Origin: an uncultured Chloroflexia bacterium
GTDB lineage: Bacteria > Chloroflexota > Chloroflexia > Thermomicrobiales > CFX8
DNA length: 64,000 nt
NCBI GenBank assembly: GCA_963729445.1
Contig: CAVSNU010000003.1
Span: forward strand, 995,736 to 1,059,735
Reading direction: 5' to 3'
Positions 50,514-62,041 of this stretch are shown one piece after another. The notes below the pieces were generated by a model, which saw nothing but the letters and a program-made list of their open reading frames with translations, was not told the origin of the DNA and made no database searches. The translations under genes were made by a program, and so were the position numbers. Position 1 is the first letter of the stretch. Every line of letters starts with the position of its first letter.

Positions 50514-50889
50514 GGCGCTCCAATACGATGTCGATCCCCGATGTCAACCAGCCTGGATCAAACCACGATCCGGAGCGGGAGCGCAATTGTGACGGGGTAG
50601 TCGTGCTTGCACGCGGCGTGCCTGTCACCCCCGAGGAATGAGGAGCCGGGCACCTTCGTAATGGCGAAGTGATCACAAAGGACCTCGTGAGCCGGCCCTC
50701 GAGACTTCGGTGTCCCTTCGAGAGGCACCATGATATTCACGCGATCCATCGCCGTTGCTCTGCGTTCAAACGAGGAACAGGCCCGGCTCCCTCTATGGGA
50801 CAGGCCCGTTGCGTGTCTCTCGCTGGCACCTGGGGTGTTTCGGCTCCACCTAACGTACCCGCTGGCCGGGGCGATCGCAGCGACGACGG

Positions 50890-52623
50890 TTACCGCAGCG
50901 CGAGTGCTGGGAGTTCTCTCACTGGCGGATCAAACAGGCTCCAGAACTGCGCCGCTTCCTTGGCGGTGCCCCTGCTCAGTGTCACCGCGCCGTCCTCATC
51001 GGCACTGGTCCATGGGATGCGGCCGGTCAGGAGACCGCGCAACGTTGGCTCGATCGTGTGAATGTCGATCGTCGCGTCGGAGGGACCACTTTCGAGAACA
51101 TCTGCGACATCGGAACGGATCGCGAGACCGTAGCTTGTGCCGGTGTCGGTGCAGCGAAAGCTCACCTGGAGCTGGATCCCCTCACTGCGCGCCGGGTCCA
51201 AGCCGGGTCGCGAACGCGCGGAGGAGCAGCGGAATCGGGACGGTCGCGGCAACATCCGGATTCGCAAGGGCACGCATCGTCTCGCGCAGGCGAGTGCAAT
51301 CCAGCGTCCCGTCGAGTTCCTTGGCAGCCATCAGGTAGTTGTTGCGCCACATGGGATTACTCGCCTGATACCCGAGCTGTCGCAGCGCGTCCGCCTTGAG
51401 CTGCCGCGCGCTCTGATCGTCGGGGTCCAGCCGCAGCACGTGGGTCAGGATCTCCGCCGTCCAACGGAAATCGCCGTCCGCGTGCGACTGCGTGGCGATG
51501 GCAACCACCGCGTCGCGTCCGCCCATCGCCGCGACGTAGCGCGCGGACCGCTCCCGGCGCGGTAGAGGATCGATGAAGGTTGGATCTCCTTCGAACCAGC
51601 CAAAGGAGTTGGCGTAGATCTGCCGCACGGTTTGCTTGACGGTGCCGTAGAACTCCCCAGCCACGGATGATCGCGCAGGCGTGGCGGGAGTTCGGCAACC
51701 GCCTCGACCAGTTCGTCAGGCGTGAGTCCGTGCGCCATCAGCCGGACGGTCTGATCGTGGATGAACTGCATCGCGTCCCGATAGGCGGTGAGCAGATCCC
51801 GCACCTCATCTTGGCCGGTGAGCGGGCGGCCGTGTCCGAAGATCAGCGCGTGTGCGTCGAACTCGCGCAGCAGGTCAACCGCCCAGATCCACTGCCAGAT
51901 GTCGCGGACGGCGCCGCGCAAGGCGTACAGATTCGGCAGACATTCGCCCTGGATCACGTCCGCCGCGTGCAAAACGCCATGATCCGGGAACCACAGCACG
52001 ATCTCATCGTCCGATTCGCTCGGTGCCTCGCGCAGGTGGACGCGAATACCGGCTACCTCGATGTCGAGCGACCTCTGAAAGACGGTCGTCGGCGGCAGGA
52101 AGCCGGTCGTGCCAACGCGCAACAGTGGCCCAAGACCGACCTCGACCAAACCCTCAGCACCATGCTCAAGGTCCCAACCAAACGAGTAGGCCAAGCGTAA
52201 GGGGGACATGATCCCAAGACTCGGATTGCCTCGCATCCCGGCGACCAACTTTTTGTGCGCGTAAATCTCGACCTGTCCTGATTTGATAACGGATGGATCG
52301 AGCAGGCCGCGTGAGCCTGAACTATGGTCGGGATGGCTGTGGGTATAGATCAACGCCTTGATCGGCTTGTCGCTGAACCTCCGCAGGTCGGCCAGCGCCT
52401 CGCGTGCGGCCTCCTCGTTCTCCAGCGAATCGATGAGCAACACGCCATCGGTTCCGACCACCATCGTCATGTTGGCGTTACCGTAGCCAACCGCGACGTA
52501 GAAGTCCTCCGCGACCTGATAGACGCCTTGCTCCATCGTCCGCGCATGATCGGTAAGTCGGGTGGAAACGGTCTCGCTGGCCTCGTCAAACGCGAGGTTG
52601 TGGCCGGCGCCGGCCGACGACAT
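50890..52623 (-). CDS. Alkyl/aryl sulfatase (SdsA1/BDS1-like; MBL, dimerisation and SCP2 domains), two frameshifts near 51657 and 51200
   Basis: YTHSHPDH, PNLYALRG, GHG, EFYGTV, GWFEGDP, WRNNYL across three ORFs; first break lies in a G homopolymer. Confidence 0.85.
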
Positions 52624-53266
52624 CGTGTTCTACCTGCAGTTTCCGGAGGGTATCCGGCCAGCAACTGATGATGAAGAATTCTAGCTCTACTCCGGATTCG
52701 AGTACGAACCAGCGCCGCCGCGGCTTCCACAACAGACACGGTCACTGCTGGAGCCGCCGACCGTAGGCCCGATCCTCGACGAACCGAACAGCCACGAAGT
52801 GTCACCTATCGTGTCCGTCGGCTAGTCCAAGGTGTCACCGAACGCGGGATTAAGCCGCTTCCCGTTTGGCTCGGCGACATTTTCGAGGATCTCTCGTTCG
52901 TGATCGCGGTGCAGACATATTCATCCTCGTTCCTCAGCTCCGAGCCGGTGATGAGCGCTATCATCGTCAACTGCCAAATTTTTGAGTAGCCGGAAACGAT
53001 GTCCCGGGACAGGCCGATCACGTTGCGGTGCCCTGACCGGTGACTACCATCCTAGCTATCCAGAGCGATGTATGTATCGGGGAAACGGGGTATCGGTACT
53101 GACTCATGATCGAACGATTGAAGGGCGCGCCACTACGCCGTGGCTTCGGTCATGCCGCTACCCAACACCAGCGGACAACCGAAGGCATATGCATTTGACA
53201 CATGCCCAATCCCATGCTAGTATGTCGTGCATACGCAATAATTTTATTCAGGAAGACTTGGGCTCC

Positions 53267-54001
53267 ATGCGTCGGGTTACCTTGTCTGTTGTGCTGGTTG
53301 TTGTCGTGTTGTCATCATCTATTACATCTCTCGGAGCCCAATCAGCAGAAAGAGAGCCAACTTATTCTCCGCTCATGCTTACCGAGGAGGGCCTAGTACC
53401 GGCGTACGAAGGAGCTGTAATCGGCGCAGGAAACAAGTCGACTGTCGGCGTTGATGGAAATCGGCGCACTGTCTGTGACATACCAGAAACGGCAATTGGC
53501 GGAAAAGGATCTCCCGACAGCGTTGATGTCGTCGAGATTACGGTAAGCATTTCCGATGACTGTGAGTTGGTTATCGACAGCATTGCCATATCGGACGCAG
53601 AGTCCCAATCCAATCAACCTGCCAATCGAATGGCCTCAGGCACTGCTTTTCGAGAGGCAGCATCCGTCTATGAAGATTGCTGCTTGGTTCCGTTGACCAC
53701 AGTTTGGGCTCACATGAGATGGTACTGTGATGGTTCTGTCGTAAACAGTATGTCCACCTATGACGGTGGACATATAGAATTTCCAGATGGCTGGGGGAAC
53801 AACTGGTTTGACTGGGACTCTGGTCTTTCCGTTGCGGCCAATGTATGGGCGGAGGGGAACTTTGACTTTCTCTTCGGCTCCTATAACCATACACACTATG
53901 CAACACTTTGGGGGTACGGTGACGGCTCATACTTCCATTGGTGCTCCACCTCAGGGGGCACTGTCCCCCTTGGGAAATGGAAATGCAAAACCGCCCCGTG
54001 A
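53267..54001 (+). CDS. Secreted hypothetical protein, Cys/Trp-rich C-terminal half
   Basis: Signal peptide MRRVTLSVVLVVVVLSSSITSLGA; composition visibly AT-richer than the host. Confidence 0.75.
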   Translation: MRRVTLSVVLVVVVLSSSITSLGAQSAEREPTYSPLMLTEEGLVPAYEGAVIGAGNKSTVGVDGNRRTVCDIPETAIGGKGSPDSVDVVEITVSISDDCELVIDSIAISDAESQSNQPANRMASGTAFREAASVYEDCCLVPLTTVWAHMRWYCDGSVVNSMSTYDGGHIEFPDGWGNNWFDWDSGLSVAANVWAEGNFDFLFGSYNHTHYATLWGYGDGSYFHWCSTSGGTVPLGKWKCKTAP

Positions 54002-54390
54002 TGGTAATGAAGGGGCAGACACTGGAATCCAATATGCGGCGTATTGAGTGCGCACTCGGAAAAATTAGTGTCACGCTCGGCTTGACAGGAACTATCTTAA
54101 TTGCTGGGTTGCTCATAGGCGCGTCAATACTCTCTATGGTTGTGAACGTAGCTGGAGCGGTGGTAGTCGCCACCGCTCTTGCATCTTGCCTCGGTATCTT
54201 GTTTTTTTCGAAGAGGCATTGTGAGGAACCGAGCAAAGGTGACCTCTTTGGATTGATCTCGATGACAGCATTACAGGTTTGTGTGACAATCCTCACAATC
54301 ACGAGCATAGGCCTTTTCTTATTGCCCGGAGCTTTAGCTTCGGTTGGCATCATTGGAGTCGCCTTAATACGACACGCTAGGCTGCCTTAG
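54001..54390 (+). CDS. Hypothetical membrane protein (about 4 TM)
   Basis: ATG overlaps the previous TGA; hydrophobic; AT-richer. Confidence 0.65.
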   Translation: MVMKGQTLESNMRRIECALGKISVTLGLTGTILIAGLLIGASILSMVVNVAGAVVVATALASCLGILFFSKRHCEEPSKGDLFGLISMTALQVCVTILTITSIGLFLLPGALASVGIIGVALIRHARLP

Positions 54391-54572
54391 AAGTGCTCCA
54401 GTAGGTCGATCATGGCGTTCACCGCCGCGTCATTGTTGTTACCGAGTGGATTAAGCACCATACGAATGTCTCTAGGGAGATTCGCGAGTGCGGCACCCGG
54501 ATAACCAGTTCAACGATCCGGATGGCGCGTCGCCGGTCGCACACCCGGCGTCGATCTAACTAGAATTGCCTC

Positions 54573-55181
54573 ATGCATGAACGCGCCGGTACGACGATCG
54601 CTGGGCTTAGTGCCGTTGACGTAGCGGCCGCCGTGGCCTACCGACTGAGCCATGGTCTCGAGGAGGTCATATGGCGCTCGTCATGGTCAGAGTCGGCGCT
54701 TGCCTACCGCCGCCGCGTCGGAGTGGACGGGCCGGTCCGCATGGGCGTCGTCATCCAGGGACTCGTGGCCGCCGACGTCGCTGGCGTACTTTTCACCCGC
54801 AATCCGATCAGCGGCTCCGACGAGCTGGTCATCGAAGCGAGCTGGGGCCTGGGGGAGGTAGTCGTGCAGGGTCTGGTCGTCCCGGACTTCTATCGGGTCA
54901 CGCGAACCGGCGAGGTGGTCGAGCGTAGATCGGGAGCTAAGAGGGTGGCCTTGCGCCGTCTGGCCGGCGGAGGCACCCGCGCCGAGCCGGTCGAACCGGC
55001 GCTGGTGGAGCAACTGTGCCTTGCCGACTCACAGTTACAAGCTTTGGCTCAGATTGCGCTCCGCTGTTCAGAGGTCTTCGGCGAGGGTCCGCACGACATA
55101 GACTGGGCCTTCGATGCAGGCGCGCTATACCTGTTGCAGCGACGGCCAATCTCAGCGACGAAGACGCCGCCAGGAAGATAA
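54573..55181 (+). pseudogene. PEP/pyruvate-binding (PEP synthase N-terminal) domain fragment
   Basis: MGVVIQ, AGVLFTRNP, EASWGLGE.VV.G..PD, DIDWAF, LLQRRPI; N-terminal part missing. Confidence 0.7.
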
Positions 55182-55307
55182 TTGCCAGTACCTTGCCAGT
55201 CGAACTCCGCAGGAAGCGACGGGCTTCCGGCACGCGTGATCAAACTCGGTGGACCCATTCCCATCGGTTATTTGCGTCGTGTTGAGGAGCACTACTGCGA
55301 ATCAAAA

Positions 55308-55508
55308 ATGATTGTTTCGTTCAGCCTATGGCCCGAGGTTCGTCAGCGCTATGCTCGAGGCAAAAGCTTCCGCACTCTTGCGCAAGACTACGGTGTGTCG
55401 CATGAGACCATTCGAGGGATCGTCCAACGTTTTCGATACAGGGTGTGGCCTAACCGTTGCGCTCCGACGAACCTCGACAGCGAGAGATGGAGAGGACGAT
55501 CCCGCTAG
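55308..55508 (+). other. Small helix-turn-helix ORF or fragment
   Basis: RYARGKSFRTLAQDYGVSHETIRGIV is a clear HTH. Confidence 0.5.
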
Positions 55509-55960
55509 TCACCGCTCGTCCGGGGCGGTCCGGTGGGGGCAGAAAGGGACTCCGAAGAGCCATTCCCCAGCCATGCTGTCGAAACGCCGGCTGAACCTAG
55601 GCCGGACACGTTACAGATCGAGCAGTAGAAGCGCTGCTCATCCGTATCGATCTATCGACCTGTTTGATCCGACATTACCGATCGTATCTAACCATCGCCA
55701 TGAGGGTCAGAGCATCATCCGTGTAGAGAGTAATCCAGGTCGTTTGACCTTTGATCGAATGTAGAGGCGAGCGGCCTCATGACCAGCGGCGATCAACCTT
55801 GAACGGTCATGGTGACGAAGAATCCACAGTCGCTACGCAACCGCGAATCTTCCTGGTGCTATAGCGTGTCTTGCAAAGCCATCCGCGAGATCGTCCAACG
55901 CTCGACTCGCAGAGCTACACCGGCGCCGCCCAGGTGCTGAATCTCCTGACGCCTGCCTGA

Positions 55961-56371
55961 CTACCCAGGACCCATGCGCATCGCGGTTCCCGGCAAGCGC
56001 ACCTCCTCGTACCGTTGCATTTGTCCGCGCCTGCCGCGCCCCTCGAGGTGCGTGGTCCAGATGGCAAGCGTCTCAACTTCAGTACCCGCGTCCTCCTGGT
56101 CCTCGTTGAGGTAGACGGCTGGCACCAGCAGGGTCAGCGTGCGCCGGTGAGCGTCAGGCGTCCAGTCGAGCGTGACGGTGATCAACCGGCCGAAAATACT
56201 ATCGGTGCTCTCAAGCTGGTCACCGACGTATGTTCCGCCCCCCGTCTGGTCCGTTTCATTGTGGTAGGTAAGCGACGGTCCCACGACCCCGTATGATGAG
56301 TAGGTGATGCTGACCCTATTATCGAGGGTCCCAAACACGAAATTATTTGGTGTGACGACGCTTGTGGACAT
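55961..56371 (-). CDS. Hypothetical protein
   Basis: 136 aa with aggaggag RBS; beta-rich composition. Confidence 0.75.
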   Translation of the reverse strand: MSTSVVTPNNFVFGTLDNRVSITYSSYGVVGPSLTYHNETDQTGGGTYVGDQLESTDSIFGRLITVTLDWTPDAHRRTLTLLVPAVYLNEDQEDAGTEVETLAIWTTHLEGRGRRGQMQRYEEVRLPGTAMRMGPG

Positions 56372-56504
56372 GGTGCGCTCCTCCTGTTAAACGGGTGTCC
56401 AACGGCACTCCTCCAGCAATTGAGCGGGAGCAGGAAGCGGACAATTGGGCTGAATGCAGGTTCCTCGTTCAATAATAGGCAATTAGTCACTACAGTCAAG
56501 TGTT

Positions 56505-57677
56505 TGTACTCGTTCGCTACCTTCCTGACACCTGTCTCCTTTCTGCACTGCTCCGTGTAGACTGGTGTCGGGTGCTCATACTTCACCCACCGGGCTGAGC
56601 TGGCGTTGCTGGTTCAGCCCGGGTTTGTGCTCTGCGAACCCTTCCAGGAACTGTGCCGGCGTCTGGTAACCCAACGACTGGTGTGGTCGCACGGTGTTGT
56701 AGACCGTCTCCCAGGCACGCAGCTCCGGTTGCAGCTCAGCGACCGTCCAGCCCACCCCGGTCACCTCCCAGAACTCCTCGGTATGGGTGCGTTGCGCCCG
56801 TTCGACATGCCCGTTGAGCTTTGGGCTACGGGGTGGCAGGACGAAGAGCTGGATCCCACGCTGCTGACAGCTTTCCTCAAACTCGGCCATAAACTCGCTC
56901 CCACCATCGAGCTGAATGGCCCGCACCGTGAACGGCATACGCTCTAGCAAGCGACCCAGGAAGCGGCTGGCTGTCGTGGCCGTAGCACGGCTGAAGACCT
57001 CGACCACATCCCAGCGACAGACCATGTCGCGTGCGGTGAACTGCTTGAGGATCGTCCCAGGAATGGGACGTACATCCAGCGTGTCGACCTGGACGATATC
57101 GCCAGGCTGCTGGGGCGTGTATTCCTTCGGTTTGCGTCTGGCATGCTGGCGGCGTTTGCGAACCTTGACCGCCTGAACCACCGGCTCGATCAATTGTCGC
57201 GTGTGCTTGAGGTGTGCCAGAATGCGTCCGACCATCGAGACCGAACAGGCGATCCCTTCCCGCCAAAGCAACACCGCCAGCTTGTCCTTGCCCCAGCGTG
57301 GATACTGCGCGCGCAACGCCTTCACCCGTGCGATCAGGTCCAGCCTCCAGGTGCGTTGCCGGACCCGCCGGGGACGGCAGGAGCGATCCTCCAACCCGCG
57401 TGGTCCCTGACGCTCATAGCGCGGCTTCCAATAGTAAAACGTCTGCCGGCTGATCCCGAAGTAACGGCAGGTCAGGCTCACGTTGTGGTTATGCGTTTCC
57501 CAATACTGAAACCACTTGTGTCGTGTCCTGGCTGTTTTCGACAGCACCGGAACCTTCGCCAGGTACTCAGCTCCCGGAATGACGCTGCCATAGGTGCTCA
57601 TACTGGCGCCATGATAGCGCCCTCGGCTACGTTTGCTCATCCTTCGTCAGTGTCAGGGACCTGTCCGGACGAACACA
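56505..57677 (-). mobile_element. IS481-family insertion sequence, copy 1 (1173 bp)
   Basis: TGT...ACA ends, imperfect IRs sharing CCTGACAC, 5-bp target duplication GTGTT (56500-56504 and 57678-57682). Confidence 0.92.
56576..57640 (-). CDS. IS481-family DDE transposase
   Basis: HTH CRYFGISRQTFYYW, PGDIVQVD, DGGSEF, PKLNGHVER, YNTVRPHQSL. Confidence 0.95.
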   Translation of the reverse strand: MSKRSRGRYHGASMSTYGSVIPGAEYLAKVPVLSKTARTRHKWFQYWETHNHNVSLTCRYFGISRQTFYYWKPRYERQGPRGLEDRSCRPRRVRQRTWRLDLIARVKALRAQYPRWGKDKLAVLLWREGIACSVSMVGRILAHLKHTRQLIEPVVQAVKVRKRRQHARRKPKEYTPQQPGDIVQVDTLDVRPIPGTILKQFTARDMVCRWDVVEVFSRATATTASRFLGRLLERMPFTVRAIQLDGGSEFMAEFEESCQQRGIQLFVLPPRSPKLNGHVERAQRTHTEEFWEVTGVGWTVAELQPELRAWETVYNTVRPHQSLGYQTPAQFLEGFAEHKPGLNQQRQLSPVGEV

Positions 57678-57749
57678 GTGTTAAGCTCTGGTCTTCACAA
57701 AGAGACCAGGGTTTCGTATGTGCCCAATCTGGCATGGATTCGAGGAAAT

Positions 57750-58355
57750 CTATACCGAACTCACGGGGATATCCGGCCCCGGCCTCGGCGCGCGTGCCTT
57801 CAACCAGGAGACGAACTCCTCCAGTGCGGAGTTCTCATGCGGTCCACCACCATCATAGGTCCGAACCTTATGGTTCCGCCGGCCATGCATCACGGAGACG
57901 GTGTAGTTGTACATGTCGACAATCGGGTGCCCGTTGCCCACCTCTTCCGGCAGGTGAAAGAAGTCCGTCTGGTCTATGAACTGGCGAATCTGCGCTACGT
58001 CGACCGGCGAGAGTGATGAGTCGTCAGCATGATATTCAGACGACCAGCCCCCAAGACCGCCGACTTGTCGAAAATGCACCTCCAGCGCCTGATCGACTGT
58101 CTCCCCCTCGCGACGAACGTTTCCCTGGGTATCGGTCCGGTAGCTGAATCCATCTCCGATAACGACTAAGTACCCCGGAGTGATGACATCCGCACAGATT
58201 TCGTCCGGATTCGGCAGCCCGAGACAGGAAGTCGGCCACTCTTTGGATTCGAGATACTCAACGACGATCTCCTCAACCGGTACCCGCAAGAGATTGGCCG
58301 CGTCCTCGATCACTGCTGAAAGTGCCACAACTGCGGGATGTGCAACGTTGTTCAT
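57750..58355 (-). CDS. Two-domain protein: Cys-pair WPxxCLG domain plus emfourin (protealysin inhibitor)-like domain
   Basis: EWPTSCLGL..CADVITPGY; FRQVGGLGG..FFHLP..DMYNYTVSV..HKV. Confidence 0.65.
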   Translation of the reverse strand: MNNVAHPAVVALSAVIEDAANLLRVPVEEIVVEYLESKEWPTSCLGLPNPDEICADVITPGYLVVIGDGFSYRTDTQGNVRREGETVDQALEVHFRQVGGLGGWSSEYHADDSSLSPVDVAQIRQFIDQTDFFHLPEEVGNGHPIVDMYNYTVSVMHGRRNHKVRTYDGGGPHENSALEEFVSWLKARAPRPGPDIPVSSV

Positions 58356-59063
58356 ACGGTACCCCCATCTGTGGAATGATCCCGGTATTAGGTGGTAAAG
58401 CCGTTCGGTATTGCGTCGCGCTCCGTGCCGGCTCCGGAGGGCGAGCCTATTGGGGCCGACCCGGCCAGAGAGTAGATCGCCTCGACTCGGGAGCAACTCG
58501 CCCTCCGTTCCGAGGGGCGGAGCGCCTGATCCGTGCTGATTCTCGCACAGTGATATTGGCTATGTGGATATCTCCGGGCCGTGGATTTTTGGATCGGCCA
58601 AGACCGACTCGAGCCTTGCTGCGGACCTCTTCAAGGTTGTCGAGCACCGTGCAGCCGCCGTCACCTCGTCACGATGTCGTACTCAATCCCGGTGCCCTCC
58701 CGACAGGTCATCTGGGCGTCGGTCATCACGTCGGCTCCGCCTTCGACGCGTGAATCACCAGCGTCGTGAGCAGGTCCGAGGGGTTGCTGCCCTGTGATCA
58801 AGAGGTTGAAGTTCGGCTGAGAAACCATCTCTTAGGAAGTCGCAGACCCTCCAATGGTGAGCGTCTCTGGTCCTGGGAGCATGTGGTCATGCACAGGGTT
58901 CCACAACCTCGACAGTAGTCCATTCCCGTTCACCTGCACTGCGTCGGGAGGGACCCGCTCGGACGGCGGCAAAGACTACCGTTGATCCCCTCCTCTCTAC
59001 TGGACAAATGCGCCTGCGAGCGTCGGCGTTCCAGGGATCATCGGAAACGCGTCACTGCTACGA

Positions 59064-59330
59064 TCACGTTCGATCCAGTCCAGGACCTCCCGCACGCTTT
59101 ACTGTGACCAGGAGATCGTTGAAGCCTGCAATCCCACCGAGGCGAGCTCCAATCTCCACCACCGTGTAGGTATCGAGCCAATCGGGGATATTCGGCGCCG
59201 CTGACCCGAGTTGCGCGATTGCGTCGTTGAACGCCTCTTCGAAGGACCAGCCCGTTGGACCTCCCTTAGAAACGCCAGTTGCGACCGCATCCTTACCGTT
59301 TGCCTCGGTGGTCTGCGCACTGCTGGACAT
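59064..59330 (-). CDS. Small hypothetical protein, possibly dodecin-like fold
   Basis: ggagggga RBS; GVS...SFEEAFNDAI resembles the dodecin N-terminal strand-helix. Confidence 0.6.
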   Translation of the reverse strand: MSSSAQTTEANGKDAVATGVSKGGPTGWSFEEAFNDAIAQLGSAAPNIPDWLDTYTVVEIGARLGGIAGFNDLLVTVKRAGGPGLDRT

Positions 59331-59786
59331 GAGAATCCCCTCCGTCCGTGTACTGTAATTTTGTCTTTAGCATACCATGGTGGTTGCAGCGAGCCCGCCA
59401 GCTCGCCGCACAGGAACCTCGCAAGCTCAGCGCCCCACTCGAGGGGGTCTCTCATCGCTCTTGTCCGGAGCACCGGGTTAACCAACGTGGGGTCCTGGGG
59501 CTGCCTCCCCTATGGAAGTACAGCACCTCTTTCCTTCCCCGCGCGGAGGTACCGTTCGCAGAACGTGGTCTGGATCCACCTTCAGTTCATATCTGAGATG
59601 CCCGAGCGATGACCCAGACCAGCAAGCGACGCCGGCCAATGACCTGCGCCCGGCTGGTCGCCATGCAATTGACGGTCAGTGGGTGCACCATGGCGCTTCT
59701 GGGACAACAATTGAAGCATCCCGGACCAGGCGACCGTGAGTTGGTGGAGCAGGTGAACCGGCACCTCAGGTTGACCGCGTCAATAC

Positions 59787-61006
59787 CTATTCGTCGGCCA
59801 TGGCTGGCACCCGTTCCAGTGCCTTGTGTCGATCGTGAATCCTTCGTGGTCGGCGACGATCGATCTCTTGCATGATCGGCCCGGCCGTGATGCCGTGAAC
59901 GACAATCGACAGGAGCACCACGAACGACGCGATCGCCCAGGTGAGGTCCATGCTCTCGAACTCCGCGTGATAGGTGGCATACGCCAGATAATAGAACGTC
60001 CCTACGCCACGTATGCCGAAGAATCCAATTGCCGCACGTTCCCGCCGTTTGATGCCGGTGCGCCCTCCCACGTGAGCGGACCGAGCAAACCGCCGACAAG
60101 TGCGCCGCCAAAGACCATCAGCAATGCGGCGCTCATCAGTCGCTCGAATTCTTCAGAGAAGCGATGCAACACCGTGTGGTACTCGTGCGATTGTTCCTGT
60201 CGACGCAGCGTGTAGGCCGCCACGAACACCGAGAGAAACCCGTAGCCACCGACGAGCTCCGTCAATCCGTAGATCAGGAAGGTCGCACCCAACGCGACGA
60301 AGCCATCTGCACTGCGCGTCAGCAGCGACTCTCTCATCCAACGGAACATGACGATCGCAAGAAAGCGGCCGATGATAAAACCAGCCAGGGTCCCGACAAC
60401 AATTTTGTAGGCAACATCCGCTGCCAACCACTCACCGATTCAGTGTGAGGGATTGCTCCCGGCGACCGCCATTGCGATCGCCATGTTGGTGAACGGGAAC
60501 GCCAATCCGTCGTTGAGGCCCGCCTCGGCGGTGAGCGTGAAGCGCGTCTCATCCTCGGTACCTTCCCCTGGTGGACCAACTTGCACATCCGAGGCCAGCA
60601 CCGGGTCGGTGGGAGCAAGCGCAGCTCCCAGCAGCACAGCCGTCGCGGGTGCGAGACCGACTGCCCACCAGCCGAGCAGCGCCGCCAGGGCAATCGTGAG
60701 CGGCATCGTGATTACCATGAGTCGAATCGTGGAGCGCCACTCTTTGCGTCCAAGATTGCGATCGAGCTTGAGACCGGCACCCATCAGGGAGACGATTACA
60801 ACGAATTCCGTGAGCCGCTTCGTAATTTCAATATGCTCAAACGGATCCGGCAGATCCAGCCCCAGTGGAAAAAGAAAGACGACGAATCCGATGAACACGT
60901 AGATCATCGGAAACGAGAGCGGCTTGTCTGAAATCATGCGCGGAAGAACTGCAGCGCCGATGCTCGCGAATCCGATCATCGTCAGCACTATGATGTATGG
61001 GTCCAT
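59787..61006 (-). pseudogene. CPA1/NhaP-type cation:proton antiporter pseudogene
   Basis: PTDPVLAS, EAGLNDG, GFLSVF, FFGIRGVG; in-frame TGA at 60440-60442 and frame-shifting deletion near 60060. Confidence 0.85.
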
Positions 61007-61339
61007 TTACCTTCAAACGTTCCTGCAGGTCGGCCTGGACCCAACTGATGAAAGTCATGGCCTGATACATGGAAATCCCGGATCGGAACTGCTCATCGCG
61101 CGACGGGGCGGAGGCGGTCCTGTATTGACCGTCACAAGTCCCCTCCCATCATCGATCATACATGGAATGTCGTGGGCAAATACATCCGCAGAATGGATGA
61201 CAGGAGACGTGTCGCACATGGACGAGCGAGAAGGGTGAGACGATCGCCGCGGTTCGCGAACGTGGCGCAGTGTTCTGTCCCCTAACCCCTGTTCCTGCGG
61301 AGGAGCGCGATGCTCCTCAGTCCTCGATATTGTGGCCGT

Positions 61340-61640
61340 TGAGCGCGTGGGCGATGGCCTGATCCAGTGTCATCGCGCGCCCTGCCGCCGGCCGAGCGCA
61401 TACTCCTCAGGATCCAGGCTGTCCTGAATGGCGGCGACAGTACGTTCGTAGGCGGCACGATCGATCGGTGGCACGGCCTGATTCATTGCCTCGCTTAGCA
61501 CGTCGCTGGCTCCGAGTAGCCGAACCGCTCGCTCGGCGAGCCTAGCGTCTTCCGCGATGAGGGCGAGTCCAAGAGGGCAGTCTACGAGCCCCTCGTTGAT
61601 CCCCATCTGATGCTGCATCGCGAGTGTGTTCTTGTACAAC
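61340..61640 (-). pseudogene. C-terminal fragment of an ATPase/TPR (LuxR-type) regulator
   Basis: ERAVRLLGA, PPIDRAAYER, then frameshifted MTLDQAIAHAL; boundaries approximate. Confidence 0.6.
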
Positions 61641-62041
61641 AGCACCCGGTACGTATTCTTGACGAGATCAACGAAGCGCTCTCGCGACAAATTGGCGACG
61701 CTATCGTGCGACACACGCGGATCTCCAACCAACGCATCGGGTTCGGGATCGAAGCGCAAGTGGTGTCCAAATACGATTCCGGGATAGTCGTACACAACCC
61801 CCTGCGCAGCAGTAGATACAGCCGACCTGCTCAATCCCACGTGGGTCCGACACAGCATTGCTGAGGGGGGTGATCCGGCATGTCCAGGTAGGGTTAGGTT
61901 GCGTCTCAGCCGGTCGGTGGTGAACGTCGACGACTGAAGAGGGTGGCCGATGTGCTCTCCTCGCGCGCTGCGGATCGCAGGAACCGCCGGCCTCCGGTCC
62001 TGTAAACCACCCTCCACGCCATGAAGCACTGCATCGACCCC

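Noticed and set aside
50620-50730. Structured RNA upstream of the GT4 gene
   Set aside because: A few short hairpins and a REP-like gtcacccccgagg start, but no coherent or recognisable fold
60440-60442. Selenocysteine or stop-codon readthrough in the antiporter
   Set aside because: The position fits Trp, and a downstream deletion independently inactivates the gene
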